Origin: the human T2T-CHM13v2.0 reference genome, Homo sapiens | DNA: 64,000 bases | Reading direction: 5' to 3' (one strand) | Assembly: GCF_009914755.1 (NCBI RefSeq) | Contig: NC_060930.1 | Part shown: positions 1 to 16,159 of the stretch, piece by piece | How positions within the stretch are numbered: the first letter of the stretch is position 1 | Layout of the letters: each line of letters starts with the position of its first letter | Made by a program: the position numbers and the translations under genes | Notes under the pieces: generated by a model | Seen by the model: only the letters and a program-made list of their open reading frames with translations | The model's database searches: none | What the model was told of the DNA's origin: nothing

Positions 1-1113
1 TCTGCCCGGGGATTGCAGAGCTGGGGGAAAGTGAAGGCTGGGGTGTGTGGGGAGGGGAGTCAGTATTAACATCAAGGACCAAATTCGGAAGGAGATAGTT
101 ACAAGTCCGTGCCAATAGACATGGGTGTGCATGTTCCTTGAGAAAGGATGTCAGGCACACAGGCAGGGACCTGGTCAACCTTTGGAGAGCTGGCTTCCAT
201 TCTGAGTGGGTAAGGATGCTGCCTTACAGGGGGCTTAGCATTCCCGTAAAAACTGACTGCTCTGGTCCCTGCCTAGAAAAGTAATATAGGACATTGGTTG
301 CAACTGTGCCCTGAACAGCTGGCTTCAAACCATGGTAGAAGATAAATTCCCCTGCTCTTTGGAATGCTGGTGTATTTTTGGTGCTGTTTTTCTAAACTAT
401 AGGGTTCTGCACACGGCTGAGATCCAAACCTGTTGGAACTGTTTGTCTAACTTGCACTGGATACATAGAGATTAAATTCACTGCAAAGGGTTAAACACAC
501 GATGTCTCCTGGACACTCACTAGTGATGTTGATGCTGATGCTGATGCTGATGGAGATGGCGATTGGTCAACTGAGGTGAGCTTTCCCTCCTTCGCCTGTC
601 TCCCAAGCTTTAAAATGGCAGGATACAATACAACTAAGCAATTTGGCCTAGGTGAGGTAGCAGAGCCCACAAACAAGTGTATTAAATGAAACTGGACATA
701 CCGATTGTCACTACCTAGTTACATGGAAATCTGATAGCTATTGTACTTAGAGAGTAGAGAAACCAAAGTCATAAGCCAAATAAGTGACCAGAAGAAAGCG
801 ATTAGTCATCTTTCTTCATGAGTGATCACAATGCCTCTGAAGCTTCTCCAGCTGCAACTTGCAATTTAGGGCCCTGTCTAATGACAGGGTGAGTTCCTCT
901 TATTGATCTCCAGGCTTCTTGGGTAAATTAAATGGCAGGTACACAAAGAGGTGAGGGACAGGAGTGTGGCAGCAGCTTCAGAACTCTTGCTCTGTTAGCA
1001 TGAGGTTCTAACAAAGCCATAGGTACCTGGGCTGCCCCACATCCCCAGAGCCAAGGCTTTGGAGCCAGTTGCCTTCTCCGGGTGAGGCATGCACCCTCTG
1101 CTGAGTCACCTTG

Positions 1114-1207
1114 ATGTATGGCCCTCCTCATGGCTGTATCTGTCAGATCTCAGGAACTAAAAGCAAGAGGAGGGCTTGGTTTAAACTTGGCTGGAAGACC
1201 CAGGAAT
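1114..1207 (+). pseudogene. Highly diverged 5S rRNA-derived fragment
   Basis: gtcagatctcaggaactaaaagcaagaggagggcttggtttaaacttggctggaagacc aligns by eye to 5S gtctgatctcggaagctaagcagggtcgggcctggttagtacttggatgggagacc, covering the box A to box C region. Confidence 0.6.
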
Positions 1208-1289
1208 GATAATAATAATTAACACAGCTCAACTTCCACTTGCGCTATAAACAATAATTAATGTACACAGTGGCCCACTGAGACATCTA

Positions 1290-1420
1290 AGTTTGGATTA
1301 TGAGTCTTGTTTTGCAGACAGGGAAACTGAGGCCAGGAGGTTAACTGACTTGTAAAGGCCACACAGGGACTCAGTATTATACCTGAAATTAAAATCTGGG
1401 CTTCCCTGCCTTCTGATCTG
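1290..1420 (-). mobile_element. MIR SINE fragment
   Basis: MIR core ttttgcagacagggaaactgaggc...aactgacttg. Confidence 0.7.
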
Positions 1421-2064
1421 AGACTTGGATCACATCTGTCTGTCAACAAAGACTTAAGAACAACAACAAAGTTATGCACACTCACCACAAAAGACATTTC
1501 TGCAGGAGTTCAGGAAAAAGTGATAGGTGAGGTGTGGCATTGGCCTCCCAGTCCAGACCAAGCCAATCACCCACTGCTAGTGGGCAAACTCTAAACCAGA
1601 CACGAATTGGCAGTGCTGTGTCTTATCTATGTGGCAAATAAAATATTCCTAATAACTGCAATTTAAATGTAAATGTAATCAGCCTGCTTCCTTCATTTCT
1701 TTGCCTCTTTCATTTTTGTGGTTTGATCTAAGGAGCTGGTAGGACTAGTTTACTGTCCAAACTATTTACACACTAAGAACTGAAGATGTTTTCCCCACGT
1801 CTCAAATACTACATAGCAATCAGCTTGCCTGTGTTTACCTTGTCCAATTGTTGTTTGAGTATTAAGACACTTGCATTAACTTAAATCTCCAAATATTGCT
1901 TGTACACTCATTTAAAACAGCTTCACTTGAACTATCACACTCATATTCTAATATATCTAATAATTCATAAATTCCAGCGTAAAATAAAATACAATTGCCA
2001 AGTCAATTATTTTTTCCAGGAAGACAATTTTTAGTGCAGTTCTTAAAAAGGACAACCTTATTCT

Positions 2065-2570
2065 AGCCTCTTTTTGTTGTCAGTGACAGAAACTCCATTC
2101 AAACTGAATTAGATGGCGAATTCCAAAGTAGCTTCAGTATAGCTGTGAGCAAACGATGTCATTTGCACCCGAGTCTCTCCATCTTGATCTGGCATTGGCC
2201 TCAGTCAGGGCTCCTGTGTTGGGGTGAAGGTGGATACTTAAGTTCAGGCTGACTTCCTCCAGCAGAGCAACACCCAGCAGGTATAGAGCCCTTCTTTACT
2301 GATAGCACAAGCAAGAAGTCCTGGAAGTGATGGGCTGTCCCAAGGGACCTCATGCCCCTCTCTGAGGTCACTGTGAAAGGAGGATGTATCCCTCTTGTTT
2401 TCTAGGTTTAGGATGCATGCTGGCCAGTAAAGGCAGGGTATGGGGGTGCCCCCCCAACCACTGGAATCAAGTATGCTGGAGAAATGGTTCCCCAAAAGAA
2501 AACTGGAGTATGTTTGCAAAAGACAGGAAAGGATTAAAGGCAAGTAAAAGCAGCAGATATCTACTACTGC
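2065..2570 (-). mobile_element. Old MaLR LTR (MLT1J/K/L-like)
   Basis: agtgacagaaactccattcaaactg and ggttccccaaaagaaaa...cagatatctactact motifs typical of old MLT1. Confidence 0.5.
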
Positions 2571-3928
2571 AAGTGCAGGAATTTAAAAGTCAACATTTTA
2601 CCATATGCATTAACAGAATATTCTTCTAAATGCTGTCTTCATTCCTACTCATAAAACTTTGGTTTGGCCCTCAATACTATTGAAGAGTGACAATACCACT
2701 TTTAAGAATGTAAACTAACTCAGTTCCAACAGAACATGTGAGAATCGTAGAACAGAAAAAGAAAGTTGAAGTAGATATCAGATTCCCTACAAGCTACTGC
2801 TGGTCCTCCTCATCACCACTACCTTTTCCTAGCTACCCCTCACGGAAGCACTGGTCTACTGCTGTGTGGCTAGGATAGATCTTCTCTCCTGGAAGGTTGT
2901 CTCATCCCATCTAGCCTTACACCTGGTGACTTAGAAAATAAAAGAAAAGAAACCTCTCATCAAAGGAGTTCTTTCCAGAATAAAAGGACAAATAAACTCC
3001 AATCGTTAATTTCCTTCTTCCCTAGAATGCCAAAATCAATCACAAGTCAAAAATGGAAGTTTCTCAATTTCAACCATATCAGGGCACGGACTCAACTTTC
3101 AGTAACAGGAAAACAACAACAAAATAAAATGACAGGCAACTTTGAAAATGGATGTACGGTTTCTGACACTGCAGAATGAAGGCAAAGAATGCATGCTTGT
3201 CAAGTCTGTAGATGGCCAAGCACAGAAAGGACAACCTTTATCCTGAATGAACAAGGACCTTGACATGATTGTGAGGAGGGAAGTGAAGAGTCTCCATGCT
3301 GAACAAAACCAATGGTGGGTAGAGATTGAGAGAGGCTGGCTTCACTTTAGTTTGGGGGGAAAAAAGAACTATGGGGTTTAACTGATCACAGAGCTAGTGT
3401 ATGCTGAGCATGTGATCTATCTACTGATAAATGAAAGCAGTAGAAGGATGATGATGTCACAGCAGAGGTAACAGTTGTGGTCACATCAGACCACATCCAG
3501 GGGTTCATTTGCTCTTGTCCAGAGGCGGGCATTTGGCAAGATGAGGGGTGTACAAATCCCCCATCACAAGGCCTTGGGTGCTTAATCTGGAGCAGAGAAC
3601 TTGTTTTGAGGTGGTGGTGGTGATGACACATAATAGTTCCTCAGATAGTTCAAAGACTTAAAACTTGCACTGTGTTTTTCCATGTTGGGCAGGATTTGTA
3701 GCAGTTGGTGAAAGTTAGGGGGATGCAGACTTTAGGCCAATAGCTTGCTACTAAGAACTTGCTCAGATCCCACCCCTGGGGGCAGAGATGATATGACTCC
3801 ATGTCAAAGAGGCCTTGGTGGGATTCCTGCTCACATGAGAGGTAGCACAAGATGATTTCAAACTCCCTTACTGCCCCAGGAGAATGAGCTGTAGAGGTAG
3901 AATATAAGACAGTGTGTCCAGTTCCTCC

Positions 3929-4327
<399 letters not shown>

Positions 4328-4384
4328 GCCCCGCGTAAGGCCCGGCTACATGCATGCCTCAGCTCCTGCAAGGGATCTCTTTCT

Positions 4385-4682
<298 letters not shown>

Positions 4683-4877
4683 GCAAGGGATCTCTTTCTG
4701 GCCTCAGCCAGCTCCAGCTGTGCACTGGAACAACCCAAACTCCTAAACTACCCAGTCATGATACTTTCCTCCCATCGGTTCTGTGGATCTGGGGATGTTC
4801 TTTTCCCATTTAAACAAAGACAGGACATTCTCCATGCCAGAAGCAACCCACTGGTCTAAGCAAACTAAAGAAAACAG

Positions 4878-6885
<2,008 letters not shown>

Positions 6886-7353
6886 TTTTGAGGAACATGC
6901 TGAGCTGTTAGTCAACTTTCTTGGGTGGAGATGGTTGGGATGTTTGAGCTGGGAGTAGAGATGAATAACGCTGCAGCTTGAATCAGGCCAAAGAACCAGA
7001 GAAAAAGCATGGTTAGACCTCAGGCATTCTTCTGCCCACGGTGCTGACAGGCCACCCTGGACACTTTCTTTGTCACAATGATTGTTAGGTGGACGAAAAC
7101 CAGAAAATCATTTGACAAACAGAATTATTCACTATTATCCCCTGACCAAGACAGCATAACACAGCCATCACCCAGGACAGGGGAATAGTTTCATTAGACT
7201 GAATTCTTGCTTAAAACCGTTCACTTATTTTTTTAATTTACAGAATATATCATATAAACAAAAAGAATACATAAGTATAGATTTAATAACAAAAAATTAA
7301 TGCTGCCAAATCTACCAATCAGCTTAAGAAATAGACCTTTACAACATGTTTGA

Positions 7354-7748
<395 letters not shown>

Positions 7749-8021
7749 ACTCTTGTTTTTCTTTATAGCTATATCATATATATGTATGCCTAAGTAGTAT
7801 ATTGTCTAATTTTGCATGTTTTAGTAAAATCATCTGATATGTGTTTTTCTGTGACCTGCTTTTTCATGCGTCATTATACTTTGGAGATTTATCCATACTG
7901 AACTGTGTAGCTGTAATTCCTTCATGTTCACTGCTGTGCTGTGGGTTCCATTTTATGCATATTCTAAATGTATTGACCTATTCTACTAAAGATGGGCCAT
8001 TTCAGTATTTCCTAAGAGTTC

Positions 8022-8114
8022 TTTTTTTTTTTTTTTTTAAAGGATCTTCATTGGCTTTATTTGTGATTCTAGAATCTGGCAACACTTCATTCCACAAAGT
8101 AGAATGTGTTCCCG
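8022..8114 (-). mobile_element. Short poly(A)-tailed retro-insertion of unidentified source
   Basis: T17 tract, minus-strand AATAAA at 8056-8061, and flanking direct repeat taagagttc (8013-8021, 8115-8123). Confidence 0.65.
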
Positions 8115-8299
8115 TAAGAGTTCATTCTAACCAGGGTTTTTCTCTCACAGTAATTGATGCTAAATAGTTTTAATTGCCTGTCTCCCTACATGTGTAGGTT
8201 TTGTCTCCAGATTGTGAACAAGAGGGGAACAGGTACCAAGTATCTCTTCTTTTGTTGGCTTAACAAGCCTGGAGTGATCCTACCACATCCTGGGCCGCT

Positions 8300-8765
8300 T
8301 GTTCTAAGCACCGCCTAGTGGACCCGGCTGCCGTGTCTCCGCCCCTGTCCGACCCTCCCGTCAGAGCTGATTGGACCAGAGGCAGATACTTGACTCAAGG
8401 TGGGCCAATCAGACGCACTCTCTTGAGGATTTTAAACTCTAAAGAGATACAGCTCTGTTTCTTTGTGCTTGGCCCTGTAAAAGCAGATATTTGGGGCTCT
8501 GGTTCTGCTGTGTCTCCCTTATGCTGTGCATGGAGGGGAAAGGGAGGATGGGGTTGAGGGGGTTGCTGGTATGTGAATGAGGGGACTGAATAGGATGGAT
8601 AGAATTTTTTTTTTAAGAGCAGGTGTGGGGAAAGAGCCCTAAAAGCCTTCCAGGCCTCCGTCCACCCTTGGTCCCAGGAGACCCACCTGCTGGGTCTCTC
8701 ATAATTGAACTTTCTGGCTTCAATTAATTTCAGTTGTTTTCTATTACTTGTAATCAAAGACTCTT
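8300..8765 (+). mobile_element. Old ERVL-type LTR (LTR16/LTR33-like)
   Basis: gattggaccagaggcagatacttgactcaaggtgggccaatcaga motif and ...ttctattacttgtaatcaaaga end. Confidence 0.5.
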
Positions 8766-9714
8766 ATCTGTCCAATTTTCTTCCTCCCACTCATTCAGAA
8801 GAAATGCAGAGCTGTCCAGGGACACCTATAAACCCAAGAATGAGTTAAATTCTTTCCCTACCTCACTAGAGAGAGGAAATTCTCCATTTCCAGAGGCAGT
8901 TGGCTTCAGAGAGTTAAACAATGGAGTGAATACTTAACTGTTTTGAGCTGCTAATGCCAGTTTTATGTCACCTGGGTATAAGGCAACTATACTTGTTTTA
9001 TCTCATGGAGTTATTTTGACCAGCTCTTAGAAATGGCTGTATTTTGCTCTTAACTTCCTACAAAAATGCAAGATAAAGATAACTCCCCATTATCCTCAGG
9101 TGACTGGGAGGGTAACCATGAATAAATGAATTTTACAGATAATCCCCAAACCTTATCTAAACTCTTATCTTCGCCAATAGCTTCCTCTTCGGCCTTTTAC
9201 CAGAGCCGTTGACAAGAGGCAAATGGACTGTGACAAGCGGAGTTTTTATCTCCTTTTACTTCCCTTCCACACCTCCAGTGGAGAAGGCTAATGAGCAATG
9301 ACAAGGAAGAAAAGACAGGTGGCAGGAGGGCAAAGAGAAGAGACAGAAGCCTGGATGCTTTGAGCATTAGCGAAACAGCTCCAGGAGTTGGAAGAAGTTG
9401 GAGGGCTCTGAGAACATATATCACCGAAAGATGGGGAAGAGAAACGGGACACCCAAGCGTGACAATGCCTTGTGGTCTTGCTCCACATTTCACAACATGC
9501 TTTTCCAAAGTTCAGATGGCTGCATTTAGGAGACAACATATTCCTTCCAAGTACTTTCGGTTCTGAAGATGCGGCCCTCGTTAAATGCAAGTGCACTTTC
9601 CTCCTAAGATTGGTTTTGCTCTCTTTTATCAGCACACGCAGCCCCTCAAGGCAGTGGATTTTTTATTCTAGCCTCTGCTAAGTGGTGGAGCCAGCCCCAA
9701 ATGCCCCATCACAC

Positions 9715-10020
9715 TTTTTTTTTTTTTTTTTTTTTTTTTGAGACAGAGTCTCACTCTGTCACCCAGGCTGGAGTGCTTGGCGTGATCTTGGCTCACCGCA
9801 ACCTCCGCCTCCCAGGTTCAAGCGATTCTCCTGCCTCAGCCTCGAGCAGCTGGGACTACAGGTGTGGGCCACCATGCCTGGCTACTTTTTTTTGTATTTC
9901 TAGTAGAGACCGGGTTTCACCATGCTGGCAGGCTGGTCTCAAACTCCTGACCTCAGTTGAACCACTCACCTTGGCCTCCCAAAGTGTTAGAATTACAGGT
10001 GTGAGCCACCACACCTGGCC
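9715..10020 (-). mobile_element. AluS
   Basis: Poly-T followed by a full dimeric Alu. Confidence 0.95.
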
Positions 10021-11105
10021 CTCCTCTCACTTTAGAGAGTAGCCATTCAGCTTTGAAGTGTAACTTGTGGTGAGCTGTCTTCTGCCTCCCCTTTTTGCGT
10101 TGGGAACTACTGTATGGCCACAAAAATGAGTGCAGAGGTGAGGATGCTTGTCCAGCCGTGCCATCTTTGGAAAGGGTTGAACATTCAGTTGCTAAACTGC
10201 AGCCAACTGAATCAGATAATCTTTTGTTGAGCTCTTTCAAATGTAACATTTCAAACTTGCTCTCAGAAACTGTTAGGTATGCACTGCTGAGACCTTGAAT
10301 TTGGAGGGTAATACCAGAACATAAGCTTGCCAGCAGAGGAAGACAATGGTGTCTCATTATTCATGGAAACATACTGTTGCTGTGCTTTGGTTCAAGTTTT
10401 GATGAACAGAAAATGTGCTCTGAACTTATTTTCCTTTTTGTGAAATCCTGACACAGCATTTCTGATTTCAAAGGAAGCTGTATAAAAAGACCAACAGAAA
10501 CCCCACAAAATGAGACCACCTTAAAATCAAGTTTACTGACTAAATGGGATTAAGCTAGAGTTGTGTTCGAAAAACAATAAACGAGAAAAAAACAAGTCTT
10601 TGCTGCATGGTGCCCACTTCTGTCTAAACCGCTCTGAAGTCCAGATGCAAGCTGTCACTGGAGCATCTCTGGAGAGAGCGTGGGAAGTTAAAAGTCAGTG
10701 TTTTTGATTAATTAATAATCATCCTCAGCTGTGTTGGCAAATGATTAAAAACAAATTGTCTGCCTTTAAAGTAAGGGTGGAAGATGTGTGCTTACCCAGA
10801 ACCGAAGGGGAAGGAGGAACAGCCCTGTTGGCCTAGTCTGCCCTTGACTAGTCTGGTGGTGGTTGAACAAAGACGACGTTGTATGCCTCTTGCCCTATAA
10901 AATCCTGATTAGGAAGGAACAGCCATAGCTTGGGCAGTCAGTCAGGGAGGGAGGCAAAGGAAGCCAGTGTCTAAGGAATAGCCCAAAGGACTATTTTATG
11001 GCTACCAAGTTGTCTTCAAGAACAACTCAATGAAGCATTCACAGGAATAACTGTTTCTCTCTGTCATTGTGAAAGTCATTTGAGCTGGAGTCAGCAGGCT
11101 GTAGC

Positions 11106-11164
11106 TGAGTGTGAGTGAGTGTGAGTGTGTGTGTGTGAGAAAGAGTCTGTGTGTGTGTGTGTGT
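11106..11164. repeat. Compound (GAGT/GT)n microsatellite
   Basis: tgagtgtgagtgagtgtgagtgtgtgtg...gtgtgtgt. Confidence 0.85.
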
Positions 11165-11976
11165 ACTGGGATAAGGTGAAGTTTTACTGGTGGTTTAGAG
11201 GAGAAATGAGAGCTCTTTTCTTTTTAAAATTTGCCACCTGTAAGCTAAACAATGTCAGTATCATTCTTTCCTGAAGACCCTGCAGCTGCCGTTCAGTGCC
11301 ATGTCTCTCCCTCCAGATCCTGTAGTTTTTAGCCATGTATCACAGTCATTCCACCTCTGCCAATGCAGTGACTTTTGCCTTTTTGACAGTACCTGGCACA
11401 GATTATTGGAGATAGCAGACACAATACACATCTTCAATAATGGGATGCCTGGGGGGAGGCTGGACCAATGAATGGGCCTGTGCCAGATGCTGTGTTTATC
11501 CTGTTGCTCAAAATTCTATATTCCCCAGTGACTGCAACATTTGCCTCCTTTTCTTCTCCCCACTGCCAGAGCCATGGTGCAGGTGCTGATTAATTTTTGC
11601 CTATTCTACTCTCAGGGTCTGTGAATAATCCTCTTCTTCTACCTGCCTTTAATCCATCCTACACATTCAGTTCACCCTGATTCTATCCTGCCCCAGCCTC
11701 CAAACTCTCTGGGACCCCTCATTCCTTGCCAAATAACACTATGATTTAAGAGCCTTCACACTGTGGACCCAGAAGATGTTTTCACCCTAACTCATACTAT
11801 CCCTTATGTATCGATTGTCTCACAGCCTGTGCAATCGAGCAGCACACTGCCTAACTTGCTCTTATTTTCCTACTTTCATCCCTCAGTAAAACCCTACTCA
11901 GACTTTATATGTCAAATACCAATTCTTCCGTGAAGTTTTTTATTTCACCAGTTGGATATGATTTCCTTTCTTCTGA

Positions 11977-12270
11977 TTTTTTTTTTTTTTTCGAGACAAG
12001 TTCTCACTTTGTCACCAGGCTGGAGTGCAGTGGTACTATCACGGCTCACTGCAGCCTTGGCTTCCAGGCTCAAGTGATCCTCCCACCTCAGGCTCCCAAG
12101 TAGCTGGGACTACAGGTGTGTGCCACCATGCCGAGGTAAGTTTTAATTTTTGTAGAGAAGGAGTCTTGCTATGTTGCCCAGGCTGGTCTCAAACTCCTGG
12201 GCTCAAGCAATCTGCCTGCCTTGGCCTCATAAAGTGCTAGGATTACAGGCGTAAGCCACCATGCCAAGCC
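11977..12270 (-). mobile_element. AluJ within L2 remnants (~11400-12380)
   Basis: AluJ-type ctcctgggctcaagcaatc and tcactgcagcct. Confidence 0.9.
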
Positions 12271-12555
12271 ACCTTCTTTTGATTTTTACTCAGCGTTCTG
12301 CTCTGCCTTTTGTATTAGACTCTTTACGTGCTGGTCTAACTACCTGATTAGAAGCCCCTGAGGTCAGGAAGGTCACATTCATCTTTGCTTGCTGCTAAAT
12401 TATATTCAGGGTGAACCAGGCAACCAGTGCTCCTCCTGCTAGGAGTCTGCAGTTTAGCAGTCCACACTGGCATAGCTGCAGCCCCTTATCTGAGACCTGG
12501 TACCAGAATCGACATGGAAAAACCCAAAACTTCAACACATTAAATACTCACCTAT

Positions 12556-12970
12556 GTTTATTTTCTGCTATATTGCAAATTACCAGCAATTTAGTGGCTT
12601 CATACAATACCCACTTATTAGTACACAGTTCTCTAAGTCAGAAGTCTGGAACGGTGTGGCTGGGTCCTCTGCTTAGGGCATCACAAGGTTGAAATCTAGG
12701 TGTTGGCCTGAGTTTTTCTCTGGAGGTGATGAGGAAATAATCCACTTGTAGCTTTTTCCTGTTGATAGAATTCTGCTCTCTGTGGTCATAAGACTGAAGT
12801 CCTCCGTATCATGGAATCAGGCCCACTGGGATCATTTTTTCTTTCTTAAGGTCACCTATGTCATAAAATAGCAGCTAATCATGGGAATAAAATCCATGGT
12901 ATTCTCAGGGTGTATACACAAAGGAGGATGCAGGAAATCCTGGGTGCATCTTAGAATCCTGCCCACCACA
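12556..12970 (-). mobile_element. MLT1 (MLT1D-like) LTR
   Basis: aaattaccagcaatttagtggctt...cacagttct...gtcagaagtc; ends ttagaatcctgcccaccaca. Confidence 0.7.
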
Positions 12971-13674
12971 TCACCTTAAATATAAATGTGAGGCACTGGT
13001 GAGCTGAGGACAAATCCACTTTTGGACAATGGTAGCTGGGGAGGCCACTGTGTTTCTTTAATGAGTCTAGAAAGATGTCCAAGAGAAGGGAAAGCTTAGG
13101 AGTTCTTGGAAAGTTGGGAGGGTCCTGGAATTTCTGAAAGTAACTTGATGGTGTGGAGGGGTGGGTTTTCCCGGTTAAAAAATGGAGATGAGGAAGGGGG
13201 CTCAGGGAGTGGATGAGATGTGCAGGGAGTGGGTGGGAGTGCTGACGCTGAAGGAACCAGAGACTGGCATGGGTAGCAAAGCAGCAGGGAAGGAAACTCA
13301 TCTGGGAGCCCCGAGTCAGGGCTGTGATTCTGATCTGCAGTGTGGGGAAGGTGCTGGTATGGCCGAGGCCCACGGCAGAGGGGATCACCTCAGTGGATGT
13401 GCTGGAGCGAGTGGAGGGTCCTGCTGAGACAAGTCTATGGGAGGCCGAGGAGAGCTGCGTGGCCTGCAGGAAGTCTGCCAGCTGTCGTGGAGGGAGACTA
13501 AGGAAGGCAGGGGCTTTGGCTGCTGGGCTACCATGAGGGTGAGATTTCCCAGAAGAATGTCTAGCAAAGAACTCTTGGCTATGAATAAAGGAGGAAACAT
13601 TTTCCAAGAGACCACAGAGCCCAAGGCAGTGCCAAGTGCTGGCCCATGGGCCACAAAGTTAGCTGCTGACTCAC

Positions 13675-13800
13675 CCTGTGACTACAGGCACCTTACTTGG
13701 CCTCTCACTGCCTTTGTTTCCTCATCTATAAAATGGAGACTAACAATAATTCTGCCACTGCTCAGTCTAAATAGCACATAGAGAACACTTTGCAGTCACT
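13675..13800 (+). mobile_element. MIR fragment
   Basis: tttcctcatctataaaatggag core. Confidence 0.65.
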
Positions 13801-15329
13801 AGCTGCCAGGAATATGCCTCTGCCTTTTCGTGGGCTCTGCACTGTGGCTCCACCTGTAACCTGAACTAACCATTCGCTGCTGGGGAAGAACACAACACAG
13901 GTGCAGTGTAGCCTGTTGCGGCCCAGCCCTGGGTCAGGCTGGTTCGGAGACCCCTTCCCTAGCTGGACCCTGGGCCTCAGGAGAGTCACATCCAAACTGT
14001 GTGTAAGTCAAACAGCAATTCTTGTTTAGGAGACCACTTTGTGATACATAACCTCCTGCTAGATTCCTTCCTTGAAGGAATTTTCTTGGGGATTCCAAGT
14101 GAAGAAGTTTCCCCAAGTCACATGTAACTCACCCTTCACTTTCACTCCATCATTCATTTTGTTAGGCAAAGCCCAGGTGTCACTGTTGAAAACTTACCAA
14201 ATGGTGAGCCTACTATAAAGCTTTGAAACAAGAGCCAAGCATTCGCTCACATTCCGTAGATCCCACAGATGTACTTTGGGTGATGGTTGTAGGAATCTGT
14301 AGGCAGGTGTAAGTCCATTTCCTCTCTGGGCCTAGATCAAGTCTAAAAACTCTCAAGACAATATTGGGCCGTTGTTGACATATCCTAGAACTTTCCAGAT
14401 CCCAACAAGGTGCTTAGAAAGAGGTGGGCTGCTTTATCAAGGACTTTAAGAAGTGAGCAGTGATTTGAACTGAGAAGAAGCTCAAAGGAAAGGGGTTTGA
14501 TGCCAGCTTCTAGGTCCCAGCAGAAGCCAGGACAAACCCTGGCAGAGAATTGATGTAGCTGGGGCTGCCTTACGATGTACCAAACCTCAGAGAGGAGTCA
14601 AAACCAACCCTTAGGCTTTTGTTCCAACCTCATGAGGACACAGTATCAGGAGCTCCTTGCATCCTGAGCAGGAAGGTCCTTCTGTGCCAGGACATGTCTT
14701 GTGGCCTGAAGGTGCTCCACTAATGGACAAGCATCGTCTAGGGACTGGATCTTCTCCATGTGGGGTCCTGGAACACAGTCAGGCCACGCAGTTGGGCAGC
14801 AGGGTAAAGTGCAATGCGGGGCTGCTCTTAGTGGGTCCACCTTGCCCCCACTGCCAGGACAGAGATAGGGCCTGCGGAGCTATTCTGGGGCATGGTGATG
14901 GGCTGAGGATGGGCCTTGGAGCCCTGTGATCACTCTCAGGGTGGCCTGGAACAGGCTGAGAGTCTTCTGGGTTTCCAGGTGGACAGGCTTGTCTTCATCC
15001 AGAGCCCCAGGACTCCTGCATTCTGCAGAAGTCTCTGGGTCCACCAGGGCACACGTTCAAAATGCTCTTCCTGTGGTCTCTCTGCTCAACCTGGAAGGCT
15101 CTTTCAGCATCTTTCTAGAATTGAGCAGAGTCTGGCTGTATCTTCAACCCTGGATGGCTTTGCCCACAGTAATTCTTGGTTCCTATATTTTTGTCCCTAA
15201 ACACACCATCTTAGCCTCTAGAATTCTATGATGCCCCTGCTTTGTGAGCTGCAGCAATTTACCAACTTGCTTAATTCCAGGGTTGCTTTTTAGGGAGGAA
15301 TACTCCCACAAACTCCACCACTAAGGGGC

Positions 15330-15450
15330 CATGAGACTTTGGGGCAGTCATAGCACTGCTTGGGACCTCAATTTCCTCATCAGTATAATGAGGAAACTGG
15401 GCTAGATGATCTCTAAGGTGCTTTTGGGCTCCAACATCCGTTCATCTATG
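15330..15450 (+). mobile_element. MIR3/MIRc fragment
   Basis: ctcaatttcctcatc...ggctagatgatctctaagg. Confidence 0.65.
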
Positions 15451-15718
15451 ATCCTACCATTCTGAGGCTTCCCTGTAGAGCTTCAGTTATTCATTCAACA
15501 AATGCTTATTCAGCAACTCCTGTGCTAAGTCCTGAGGATACACCGTGAACGAGATGTGGCTACTGTCCTCAAGGAGGAGGAAAGTAAAAATTCAAATTAA
15601 GAAAAAAAGACATATATAACTTTACTAAACAGTGTGAACTCAGTGGAGTAAGCTGTGACAGTTGAAGGGCCACCTCATTGTTTCCTGATTCTAGGGATCA
15701 CTTCTCTTCATTGCCTGA

Positions 15719-16159
<441 letters not shown>

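Noticed and set aside
12951-13607. Longest ORF in the track (218 aa, minus strand)
   Set aside because: Ser/Pro/Leu/His-rich mirror of a purine-rich plus strand, with a non-ATG start, no recognisable domain, and an end inside an MLT1 LTR. Consistent with a chance ORF.
15372-15396. Perfect 9 bp hairpin tttcctcat/atgaggaaa
   Set aside because: Lies in a MIR core; short and probably from local template switching, with no evidence of function.
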